A DNA stretch of 64,000 nt from Candidatus Fermentibacteraceae bacterium (GTDB lineage: Bacteria; Fermentibacterota; Fermentibacteria; Fermentibacterales; JCC-6): assembly GCA_041750285.1 (NCBI GenBank), contig JBGSZS010000004.1, positions 64,001 through 128,000 of the forward strand, in the 5' to 3' direction. How positions within the stretch are numbered: position 1 is the stretch's first letter; each line of letters opens with the position of its first letter. The position numbers and the translations under genes are program-made. The notes under the pieces are model-generated. The model was given only the letters and a program-made list of their open reading frames with translations. It was not told where the DNA came from and searched no databases. This document shows, piece after piece, positions 48,310 through 57,257 of this stretch.

Positions 48310-50481
48310 ATGGCGAAGAGAACAACGGTACTCCGCAAACGGGAGACAGAAGCGATAGTCGGTGCCGCCCTTGCCGACCCGTTCCAGCTGCTGGGAATGC
48401 ACCCGACTGCAGACGGGTTCATAGAGGTGCGTGCCTTCTGCCCCGGCGCCTCGTCCATGATAATGGTGCCGGACGAGGGTTCTCCACAGCCCATGACCAG
48501 GGTCCACGACGACGGGCTCTTCGTTTTCCGGACCCACAAGCGTGCCGATCCCTTCGCCTACAGGCTCACCGTGACCCGTGACAGGGTCTCATGGACCACG
48601 CGCGACCCCTACTGCTACCTTCCCCAACTGGGGGAGATCGACCTGCACCTCTTCAGCGAGGGCCGCCACCTCAACCTTCACAGGGTGATGGGCGCCCGGG
48701 TCAGGACCATCGGGGATGCCACCGGCGTCCTTTTCGCCGTGTGGGCGCCTAACGCCAGGGCCGTGAGCGTGACGGGCAGCTTCAACGACTGGGACCGCAG
48801 GCGCCACCCCATGCGCAGCAGGGGTGTAAGCGGCGTCTGGGAGCTCTTCGTGCCAGGCGTGGCCACGGGCGACCTTTACAAGTTCAGCATCATCGACGCT
48901 AACGGTTTCGAGCTTTCAAAGGCCGATCCCTACGCCCTTCGGAGCGAGGCGAGACCCGGAACGGCCTCGATCGTGGCCGACCCCGGATCGTACGAGTGGG
49001 GTGACACCGCATGGATGGAGGGAAGGAAACGGGAAAACCCTTTCTCCGCAAGGATCTCCATCTACGAAGCGCACGCGATGTCGTGGGCGGCCGGTGAGGA
49101 AAGGTACCCCGGCTGGGAGAAGCTTGGGGACTGGCTGATCCCGTACCTTTGCAGCATGGGGTTCACCCATGTCGAGCTCATGCCGGTGATGGAGCACCCC
49201 TACGACGGTTCGTGGGGTTACCAGGTCACGGGCTTCTTCGCCCCCACCAGCAGGATGGGAACCCCCGTGGAGTTCTGCAGGTTCGTCGACCGGTGCCACC
49301 AGAACGGGATCGGCGTGATACTGGACTGGACTCCCGCCCACTTCCCCATGGATGACTGGGCTCTGGCCCGGTTTGACGGCACCCACCTCTACGAACACGA
49401 AGACCCCCGTCTGGGCCTGCACCCGGACTGGGGAACCCTGATCTTCAACTACGGACGGCGCGAGGTCAGGAACTTCCTGCTCTCAAGCGCGATCCACTGG
49501 CTGGACACCTTCCACATCGACGGCCTGAGGGTCGATGCGGTGGCATCCATGCTCTACCTCGACTACTCCAGGAAGGAGGGACAGTGGATCCCCAACCGCT
49601 ACGGCGGAAGGGAGAACATCGAAGCCGCGTCCCTGCTCAGGGAGATATGCCACGAAGCAGGCTGCCGATTCCCCGGCGCACTGATGATAGCCGAGGAGAG
49701 CACCGCGTGGCCCGGGGTGACCCGTCCGCCCGAAGCCGGGGGGCTGGGTTTTCATTTCAAATGGAACATGGGCTGGATGAACGACACGCTCGAATACTTC
49801 AGCCGGGATCCCCTTTTCCGGAAAGGCCACTCGGGGGGGATCACGTTCAGCGCCGTATACGCCTGGAGCGAGAACTTCATACTGCCTCTCTCACACGACG
49901 AGGTGGTTCACGGCAAGGGATCGCTGTACGGCAAGATGCCCGGCGACGATTTCCGGAAAAGGGCCAACCTCAGGCTTCTCTTCTCGTATCAGTGGCTTTT
50001 TCCGGGCAAGCAGCTTCTGTTCATGGGTGGCGAGAGGGTGCAGCAGCACGAGTGGAACCCGGACGAGCCCCTTCCCATGGGCGACACCGGGATGGAAAGG
50101 TTCGTGGCCGCCCTGAACACCCTTCAGATGGATCACAGGCAGCTTCACCTCGAGGATTGCCGTTATTCGGGCTTCAGGTGGGTGGATTTTTCCGACGAGG
50201 ATTCCTCGGTCATCTCCTTCCTCCGCCAAGCCGAAGGGTACTCCCCCCTGCTGTGCGTGTTCAACATGACCCCGGTTCCCAGGGCGCCTTACCGCATCGG
50301 CGCACCTTTCCCGGGGAACTGGGAAGTCATCCACAACAGCGATGCCGGGCTGTTCGGCGGCGCGGGAGCCACCATCCCCGGCTCCTTCGCAGCAAACCCC
50401 CTTCCCGCGCACGGGTTCGGGTGGAGCCTGGAACTCAGCCTCCCGCCCCTCTCATGCCTCGTTCTACTGCACAGGGGCTGA
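48310..50481 (+). CDS. glgB: 1,4-alpha-glucan branching enzyme
   Basis: FAVWAPNA, SWGYQVTG, DWTPAHFP, DGLRVDAVASMLYLDYSR, IAEESTAWP, LPLSHDEVVHGK. Confidence 0.97.
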   Translation: MAKRTTVLRKRETEAIVGAALADPFQLLGMHPTADGFIEVRAFCPGASSMIMVPDEGSPQPMTRVHDDGLFVFRTHKRADPFAYRLTVTRDRVSWTTRDPYCYLPQLGEIDLHLFSEGRHLNLHRVMGARVRTIGDATGVLFAVWAPNARAVSVTGSFNDWDRRRHPMRSRGVSGVWELFVPGVATGDLYKFSIIDANGFELSKADPYALRSEARPGTASIVADPGSYEWGDTAWMEGRKRENPFSARISIYEAHAMSWAAGEERYPGWEKLGDWLIPYLCSMGFTHVELMPVMEHPYDGSWGYQVTGFFAPTSRMGTPVEFCRFVDRCHQNGIGVILDWTPAHFPMDDWALARFDGTHLYEHEDPRLGLHPDWGTLIFNYGRREVRNFLLSSAIHWLDTFHIDGLRVDAVASMLYLDYSRKEGQWIPNRYGGRENIEAASLLREICHEAGCRFPGALMIAEESTAWPGVTRPPEAGGLGFHFKWNMGWMNDTLEYFSRDPLFRKGHSGGITFSAVYAWSENFILPLSHDEVVHGKGSLYGKMPGDDFRKRANLRLLFSYQWLFPGKQLLFMGGERVQQHEWNPDEPLPMGDTGMERFVAALNTLQMDHRQLHLEDCRYSGFRWVDFSDEDSSVISFLRQAEGYSPLLCVFNMTPVPRAPYRIGAPFPGNWEVIHNSDAGLFGGAGATIPGSFAANPLPAHGFGWSLELSLPPLSCLVLLHRG

Positions 50482-50526
50482 ACAACAGCGCTTTTCGTAT
50501 ACTTCGGCAAAGGGACGGGAGGGCGG

Positions 50527-50943
50527 ATGAAATCCCACACGGCATACCTCTGGTTCCGGACCGACCGGAGGATGGAGTTTCTGAACATCACCGGCCAGGT
50601 GGAAGAAGAACTGGCAAAAAGCGGTATCAGGGAGGGGCTGTGTCTTGTGAACCCCATGCACATCACGGCCAGTGTATTCATCAACGACGATGAGCAGGGG
50701 CTGCTCGACGACTACGGGAAGTGGCTGGAAAGGCTTGCACCGCACGAACCCGGCCTTTACCGGCACAACCTGACCGGCGAGGACAACGCCGATGCCCATC
50801 ACAGGAGACAGGTGATGGGAAGGGAGGTCGTCGTTGCGGTGACTGCGGGAAAACTCGACCTTGGTACCTGGGAGAGGATCTTCTACGGAGAGTTCGACGG
50901 GCGCCGGCGCAAAAGGGTGCTGGTAAAGATCATCGGAGAATAG
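50527..50943 (+). CDS. yjbQ: YjbQ family (secondary thiamine-phosphate synthase)
   Basis: [31 protein letters not shown]. Confidence 0.9.
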   Translation: MKSHTAYLWFRTDRRMEFLNITGQVEEELAKSGIREGLCLVNPMHITASVFINDDEQGLLDDYGKWLERLAPHEPGLYRHNLTGEDNADAHHRRQVMGREVVVAVTAGKLDLGTWERIFYGEFDGRRRKRVLVKIIGE

Positions 50944-50952
50944 GAGAGAACC

Positions 50953-51651
50953 ATGCGAAAACTTGTCATCCTGCTTGCGGCAGGACTTCTGGCAGCGGCG
51001 GGGTGCGGAAGCCAGGCCTACCCTCCCTACCCCCCCACCATCAGTGTCAACGGGATCGGCACCGCCTACGCCGAACCGGAGATGGCCATCATCAGCTTCG
51101 GTTTCAACGTGACCGAGAACGACCCCGAGACCGCAGTGGAGACCGCGGCTGAGCTTGCGGAAACCGCCATCGAGGCCGCCGTCGAAGCCGGTGTTCCCAG
51201 GGAAAGCATCACCACCACCGGCTATTCCCTGTGGATCGAGGAGGAGTACGACTACGTCACCTACGAATACACGGGCAACACGCTCTACCACCTCGACCAC
51301 AGCATGCAGGTGAAGACCTCCGATACCGAAGAGGTCGGTGCCGTCCTGGCAGCCCTTGTCGGCGGGGGCGCCAACACTGTCTACTCGGTCCAGTTCACAG
51401 TGGAAGACAGGGCCGCGCTCTACGCCAAAGCCCGGGAGATCGCCCTGAACGACGCGGCCCAGTGCGCGGGTCAGCTCGCCTCCACCCTCAACGTCAGGAT
51501 CAGCGGCGTCCAGAGCGTGAGCGAATGGGTGGACAACTACGCCTACGGGTACGCGGAATCCTACGCCGGCGACGGCGCCTATCCCCCCGTGGACGGCGGC
51601 AGCCAGTCCATCACCCTCAACGTGAACGTCGCATACACCATAGAGCAGTGA
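50953..51651 (+). CDS. SIMPL (DUF541) domain lipoprotein
   Basis: Lipobox AAAGC; ISVNG.G...AEP..A, GAN....QF, ARE.A..DA...A..LA, V.V.Y.I. Confidence 0.88.
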   Translation: MRKLVILLAAGLLAAAGCGSQAYPPYPPTISVNGIGTAYAEPEMAIISFGFNVTENDPETAVETAAELAETAIEAAVEAGVPRESITTTGYSLWIEEEYDYVTYEYTGNTLYHLDHSMQVKTSDTEEVGAVLAALVGGGANTVYSVQFTVEDRAALYAKAREIALNDAAQCAGQLASTLNVRISGVQSVSEWVDNYAYGYAESYAGDGAYPPVDGGSQSITLNVNVAYTIEQ

Positions 51652-51662
51652 TGCCCTTCCTC

Positions 51663-51690
51663 CCGCCCCCGTCGCTAATGGCGGGGGCGG
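51663..51690 (+). terminator. Hairpin after the SIMPL gene
   Basis: CCGCCCCCG/CGGGGGCGG stem 11 nt after the stop. Confidence 0.55.
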
Positions 51691-51997
51691 ATTCCCTTCA
51701 GACCCTGCTTCAAGCGGCAACAATCCAGCAAAGGGGGCTGTTCTTCGCGGAAATCGGCCTCGAAGCCGCTCCCGATGAGGTCTTCAACTGGGAGATGGCA
51801 GACTTCGTGGAGGTCATTGTCGTTTTCGGGGAGGGTCCTTTGCCGGCCCGCTCCGAAGACAGCACAAAGGTCTTCCTGAACGGGCTGCCGCTGCACCTGC
51901 TGCTTTCGGAGAAGGAAACACTTCACTGAAAGACGGCTTCCAACGATATTCCACTTCCCTGTTCAGAACTCAAGAGCGTACGATTCGGATGCATCGT

Positions 51998-53179
51998 TCA
52001 AAACGCCGTTGAAAACAGCCAGATCATTGGTATTAAGAACTTTGTCCAGGCTGGAACAAGGGCAAGGGGCAATCCCCATACCATGGCGCCAAGTATGAAG
52101 AGGATTGCAGGAACTGAGCGCCCTTTCAGCAGAAGCTGCCTGAAAGGAATGAGGAAAAACAACCCGTAGTGAATCCAGACGAAGGGAATGAAAACAAGAA
52201 GAAAAAGAATGGTCTGCGAAAAGATGTTTCCCCAGGAACATCCAACGCCATTATAACATCTTTTATACCATCTGTGTATAATAATAATTAGTGTTACGGT
52301 AGTGATACAAAGATAGATCCACTGGAATACGCTCCTCTGTCTTTCTGCAATTCGCAACCTGTACTCATCTTCTTGTACTGCCCTCTCGATGTCGCCGCGG
52401 ACCAGAGCTGTTTCCCCAAACAGGCTGACAGCATGGGTAACACTCACATTGTTGCCATGAATGAATCCCCAGGATTCGTTGACCCGCCCGAGGGAGAGCA
52501 GCCATTGATGAAAAGAGTGAGACCCTGCGAGCAGCACTGACGAGAGTGAGAGGCTAAAAAGGAGAATGACCGCAGAAAGCAGTGCTCTCCTGCCCTTCAG
52601 AAAGAGCACCAGTGGCATGAAGCCCACTTTTAAAAGAAGCAGAAACGTTGCGGCGGCACCCACAACCGCGCCCTTGAACCCCCTGTAAACCATCAGGGCC
52701 ATGGCCAGCAGCATGAAAGAGGTGACCTGGCCACATAAAAGATTATCGTGCAGGGGCTCGGAAATGGTGAGAAACACGAAAGCACCCGCCATGAACAGTG
52801 GCCTCTGTCTGTCGGTGCCCCTGGAAAGCAGAAACACCGAAAACCAAGCCGCAAGAACGCTTGCTGCGATCCAGGAAAGCCTGAAAAGCCGGTACGGCAT
52901 AATCTCGAGGGGTGTCATGGCCAGAAGGAACGGCGGAGGGTAGACAAAAAGAAAGGGTGTTACGAGAATACCCCTCTTCTCAAGGCTCTGCCATGCCTGC
53001 CGCACATCGTAGGGATTGCTGCCATCAAGGGCCGCATAGTATCCGCCAAGATAACTCGCAAGGTCCTGGGGGTAATACGGGACGCATCCCTTGGCGCGGT
53101 ATGCCGTTACAAGAGCTCCCAACAGCAGTACCCAGACCAGGAACGCATTCCGAGAGAGAGAAAGAGAATGCTTCTTCAT
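51998..53179 (-). CDS. GT87/DUF2029-like integral membrane glycosyltransferase
   Basis: DL.SY...Y....G.NPY, FVYPPPF, NL..GQ, K after a TM, N.S, P.VWIHY; visibly AT-richer than neighbours. Confidence 0.8.
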   Translation of the reverse strand: MKKHSLSLSRNAFLVWVLLLGALVTAYRAKGCVPYYPQDLASYLGGYYAALDGSNPYDVRQAWQSLEKRGILVTPFLFVYPPPFLLAMTPLEIMPYRLFRLSWIAASVLAAWFSVFLLSRGTDRQRPLFMAGAFVFLTISEPLHDNLLCGQVTSFMLLAMALMVYRGFKGAVVGAAATFLLLLKVGFMPLVLFLKGRRALLSAVILLFSLSLSSVLLAGSHSFHQWLLSLGRVNESWGFIHGNNVSVTHAVSLFGETALVRGDIERAVQEDEYRLRIAERQRSVFQWIYLCITTVTLIIIIHRWYKRCYNGVGCSWGNIFSQTILFLLVFIPFVWIHYGLFFLIPFRQLLLKGRSVPAILFILGAMVWGLPLALVPAWTKFLIPMIWLFSTAF

Positions 53180-53316
53180 GAATCGTGCTGCACCCTGCCC
53201 AAAAGCATGAAACTCTCCGCCTGCTCAAGGATTTTGTTATATGTGTAATATTCATACATATTGCCCAACGGTCAATTCAAAATGGAACTGAAAGTGCTTT
53301 CGGAAGGGAATGGCAA

Positions 53317-53760
53317 ATAAAAAAGATCCTTCTCGCAACAGCGGTATCGGTGCTCATTTCCTCCTGCAAAAACCCACAGCCCCCGGTTGTCCAGAACGGG
53401 CTTCCCGTCGACATGGAAGAGGGATTCGTTCCCGGCACATGGATGGTCTCATACGCGTACCAGGATGAAACAGGTTCCTCGGGCATGCAGAGCACCAATG
53501 CCCCTGAACTTCACCCCTTCATCAGTGACCTGGGAGTGGATACCGACGGAAACATCTGGGCCAGACGTGGCGGTGTGGAAGAGAACCTGTGGGATGTGCT
53601 CTCACCCGAAGGGGAATGGCTGCGCGTGGTTGTTGTCGAGGCCTTCACACCCGAATCCATACCAAAGGTTGTCATGGGGTCCGGAGGGTTCATAGCCTTC
53701 GAGCTGAACCCCGAGGACGTGTGCCATGTTCTTGTGCTTCGGGGTCATAACGACCGATAA
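53317..53760 (+). pseudogene. Probable decayed lipoprotein (C-terminal part of a 6-bladed propeller/NHL-like protein)
   Basis: ATA-AAA-AAG-ATC-CTT... reads (M)KKILLATAVSVLISSC after GGAAGGGA, but the start is ATA; the remainder (HPFISDLGVDTDGNIWARRG...WDVLSPEGEWLR) looks like only the last blades of a propeller. Confidence 0.45.
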
Positions 53761-53808
53761 ACGTCCGTTCACCTTGAAACGGCTTTCCGACGGGCCGTAC
53801 TTCATTGC

Positions 53809-56800
53809 ATGGAAACCCTCGTCCTGCTCTTTCTGGCCGGTTCCCCCACGATCTCCGAGGTGTGCGCCAACCCCCTGAACGAAGCCTCATGCGAGTTCGT
53901 CGAGCTTTTCAACCCGGGGCCGGAAGCGGTTTCCATACTGGGGTTCACTATCACCGACGGCGACGCACTCGATCAGCTGCTGCCCTGGAACGAGCAGACA
54001 TACGGCGTCTTCCCCCATTCGGGCGTGATCATTGAGACCGACTCCATTCCCCCGGGGGGCTGGGCCGTCATTCTCGAGCTGGGCTACCTGCTCGACCCCT
54101 GCTTCGAGTTCGCCCCGGGAACGGTGATACTCACCACGGGAGACAACGCCGTCTGCAACGGGCTCGCGGCTTCCTCCGACCCCCTCACCCTCTTCGGGCC
54201 CGGGGGGACGACAATGACCGATGTGCTCTCCACCTATGGCACACCGGTGGAGACCGACACATGGCAGGACAGGGACGACGACGGCCTCGACGGCATACCC
54301 TTCGATCCCGGGAACGGCCTTTCCACCCACCGGTTCCCTGCTGTCTCCCCCGACTCGGAAGGCAACTGGCTGGGAGGCACACCCACGCCGGGCGCCCCTC
54401 CCGACGCGCCGCCCGATACGTTTGCAGTGTTCATCCAGGGGCTGTGGTTCACGCCGGCAGACCCCCAGCCCGGCACCGCCTGCCATCTCCACGCCGCAAT
54501 ACACTGTTTTGGAACGGTCCCGCCCGACCAGGGCTTCATCACCCTGTTCCTCGACACCGACGGCGATTCACTTGCGGGAGCCGGAGAGCCGTCCAGCGTG
54601 TGGCCCGCATCCATCCTCAGTCCCGGAATCACCGATACCCTTTCAATAACCTTCACGGCACCCGAACAGGGCTGGTACCTTGCGAGCGCCACCGCCTGCG
54701 ACTCGTATCTGGCCGTTCCCATGCCTTCGGGCGGCGGGGTACCACCGGTGCTCACCGAAGTCATGGCCAACCCACCCGACCAGACCACGCAGGAGTACAT
54801 CGAAGTCTACTACCCCGGCCCCGGGGTGTTCATGCTCGACGGGTGCAGCTTCACCGACGGTGACGCGGTCGACATGGTCATCCCCTGGTCGGGAACGGCC
54901 CTCCTCACCCCGAACTCCTGCGGCATAATCCTTGACCCCGGCTATACCGGAGGGCTTCCGGTCCCGGAGGACGCAAGGGTCTTCACCGTGGGCAACTCAT
55001 CCCTGGGCAACGGACTGACCCCGTCCGACCCCATAGTCCTCTATGACCGCGACGGAACCCTGATCGAAAACATCCTTTCCACAGCGGGAACCCCGGTTCT
55101 TTCCGACGACCCGCTTCAGTGCGATGACGACGGCCTGGATTCGATACCATTCGACCCCGGCCAGGGCCGCAGCATGGAGAGGTTGAACCCCGCGGGACCC
55201 GACGCCGAGTACAACTGGACGGCTTCCGAACCGGGCGGGTCACCGGGCCGGCCGGGAGACTGCGGCTCGGGGCCGGACATGCGGGCCGACACCATCATCG
55301 TTCACAATGAGGTCACGCCCGGTGTTCCCTTCCTTCTCGAGGCGCTTTTCTCGTCTGTGGGGTTTTCCGCCGCGGAGGGTGTCACCTTCACGGTGTTCAA
55401 CGACCTCGACGCGGATTCGGTTCCCGGTCCCGGCGAAGTGGTGTGCCAGGAGTGGGCTGAGAGCCTTGAGCCCGGCGAATCCAGAAGCGTTTCGGGCACC
55501 GCCGTTCTGCCCGCCCACGGCTTCTTCCTGCTGAGGGCGATGGTCCAGTGCCCGGGCGACAGCACCCTTGAGAACAACTGCTCAAACCTTTGCGTGAAGT
55601 GCGGCGAAGGTTCCTACCCGGCCATCACCGAGGTGCTATGCAATCCTTCCGACCAGTCCCGCGACGAGTTCGTCGAGGTCTTCTACTCCGGACCGGGAGT
55701 GTTCGACCCCTCGGTGCTGTCCATCTCCGACGGCGACGCGACCGACGCCCTTCAGGGCGGCTTCGTGCCCGCCCTCGCATACGCCGTCATCCTCGACCCC
55801 GACTACTTCTCGGGCTCGATGCCCTACGACATCCCGCCCGGCACACCGCTCATCTTTCCCGGCAACACCACCATAGGCGACGGGCTGGGCTCAGGCGATC
55901 CGGTGTCGCTTCTCTGCGAAGGAAGCGTGGTCTCAACGTACGGTACGCCCGGAATCCCTGACGATGGCGTGCCCTACGACCCGGGCACCGGCATGAGCGT
56001 CGAACTTGTCACCCCCAACCTTCCCGACCTTCCGGGCAACTGGTTCACAAACCCCCTGGGGCCTTCCCCGGGCGCTCCCCCGCTGGGAATCTCCGAGGGC
56101 GTGGATTACGGGATCAGACGCTTCAGCCTGGCCCCTCCCGCCGGAGCGGAGGGTTCGCAGACCACGATGAGGGCAACCGTCGAGGCGATGGGCACACAGG
56201 GCTGCGGCTTCCAGGTGGTCTTCACGGTGGAGGGTGAGCAGGTGGCTTCCGCCTCCCCCGCACCCCCGGCGCCTGGTGACTCGGTGCTTGTGGAGGCGGT
56301 CTGGGTGGCCACCGCCCCGCAGGCGGCACTGAAAGCCTTCATAGTGTGCGAACCCGATGTGAACCAACGCAACAACACCGGCAAAGCCCTGTGGAATCCG
56401 CCACCGGGGCTCGTGATGAACGAGATCATGTACTCCCCCGGACCCCCCGGGCCGGAATGGGTGGAGCTGTACAACGGCGCCGGGACACCTCTCGACCTTG
56501 AGGGCTTCACGTTCGAAGACCCCTCCACGCAAGCCACCCTTCCGGGGCAGGTAATCGAGCCAGGCGGGTATGCCCTGCTCTGCCCCGACCCACAGGGTTT
56601 CGAGAGCGTCTGGGGACAGCCTCCCTGTCCCCTGCTCCAGATATCCCCATGGCCCGTGCTGAACAACACGGGGGACACCCTCTCCCTGCTGGGCGGGAAC
56701 GGGGCGGACTGGGTTCCCTACGACGCGGCCTGGGGCGGGGGGACGAACACAAGCCTCGAGCGCCGCTCCCCCGCGGAAATGGGTTGGCCCGCCTCAAACT

Positions 56801-57162
56801 GGGGCGGCAGCGCGACTGGTTCAACCCCCGGCAGGGCGAACAGCATAGGAGTTCAGCAGGGCGGACCGTTCCTCACCGCTGAACCGGAAGTCTTCTCGCC
56901 CGATTCCGACAGGGAGAACGACGTGCTCCTGATAACTCTCAGGGTTCCCGAACAGGGATACCAGGCGGAGCTGCGGGTGTACGACGTGACGGGCAGGGTG
57001 GCGGCGGAGCTCTGGAACGGCCCGGTCCCGGGCGAAACACTCACACTCGCCTGGGAAGGCTCGGGCATGCCGGTCGGGCGCTACATCGTTTTCGCGCGGG
57101 CAGGAAAGGGAAGCTCCGTTCTGGAGGGCGTGCTGGTCAGGATACTGGCCCGGCCGCTCTGA
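53809..57162 (+). CDS. Large secreted protein with four lamin-tail domains, CARDB/Ig spacers and a FlgD/T9SS-like CTD
   Basis: Four (I/L/M).E(V/I)...P...E(F/Y/W)(V/I)E repeats; conserved DGDA.D and P(F/Y)DPG in the first three; C-terminal FSPDSD..ND...VYDVTGR...WEG....GRYI. Confidence 0.85.
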   Translation: METLVLLFLAGSPTISEVCANPLNEASCEFVELFNPGPEAVSILGFTITDGDALDQLLPWNEQTYGVFPHSGVIIETDSIPPGGWAVILELGYLLDPCFEFAPGTVILTTGDNAVCNGLAASSDPLTLFGPGGTTMTDVLSTYGTPVETDTWQDRDDDGLDGIPFDPGNGLSTHRFPAVSPDSEGNWLGGTPTPGAPPDAPPDTFAVFIQGLWFTPADPQPGTACHLHAAIHCFGTVPPDQGFITLFLDTDGDSLAGAGEPSSVWPASILSPGITDTLSITFTAPEQGWYLASATACDSYLAVPMPSGGGVPPVLTEVMANPPDQTTQEYIEVYYPGPGVFMLDGCSFTDGDAVDMVIPWSGTALLTPNSCGIILDPGYTGGLPVPEDARVFTVGNSSLGNGLTPSDPIVLYDRDGTLIENILSTAGTPVLSDDPLQCDDDGLDSIPFDPGQGRSMERLNPAGPDAEYNWTASEPGGSPGRPGDCGSGPDMRADTIIVHNEVTPGVPFLLEALFSSVGFSAAEGVTFTVFNDLDADSVPGPGEVVCQEWAESLEPGESRSVSGTAVLPAHGFFLLRAMVQCPGDSTLENNCSNLCVKCGEGSYPAITEVLCNPSDQSRDEFVEVFYSGPGVFDPSVLSISDGDATDALQGGFVPALAYAVILDPDYFSGSMPYDIPPGTPLIFPGNTTIGDGLGSGDPVSLLCEGSVVSTYGTPGIPDDGVPYDPGTGMSVELVTPNLPDLPGNWFTNPLGPSPGAPPLGISEGVDYGIRRFSLAPPAGAEGSQTTMRATVEAMGTQGCGFQVVFTVEGEQVASASPAPPAPGDSVLVEAVWVATAPQAALKAFIVCEPDVNQRNNTGKALWNPPPGLVMNEIMYSPGPPGPEWVELYNGAGTPLDLEGFTFEDPSTQATLPGQVIEPGGYALLCPDPQGFESVWGQPPCPLLQISPWPVLNNTGDTLSLLGGNGADWVPYDAAWGGGTNTSLERRSPAEMGWPASNWGGSATGSTPGRANSIGVQQGGPFLTAEPEVFSPDSDRENDVLLITLRVPEQGYQAELRVYDVTGRVAAELWNGPVPGETLTLAWEGSGMPVGRYIVFARAGKGSSVLEGVLVRILARPL

Positions 57163-57257
57163 ACCGGCTGGCTGTTCCCGAAACATGACACGGTTAACCG
57201 ATTCTTAACCCTTCGGGCCTATGCTACCATTTCACACGAGAGCGAACTGGAGGGGGA

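Noticed and set aside
51651..51929. Short ORFs on both strands after the SIMPL gene
   Set aside because: The plus ORF runs through a terminator hairpin and the minus ORF is its in-register mirror; neither can be called with support, possibly a remnant.
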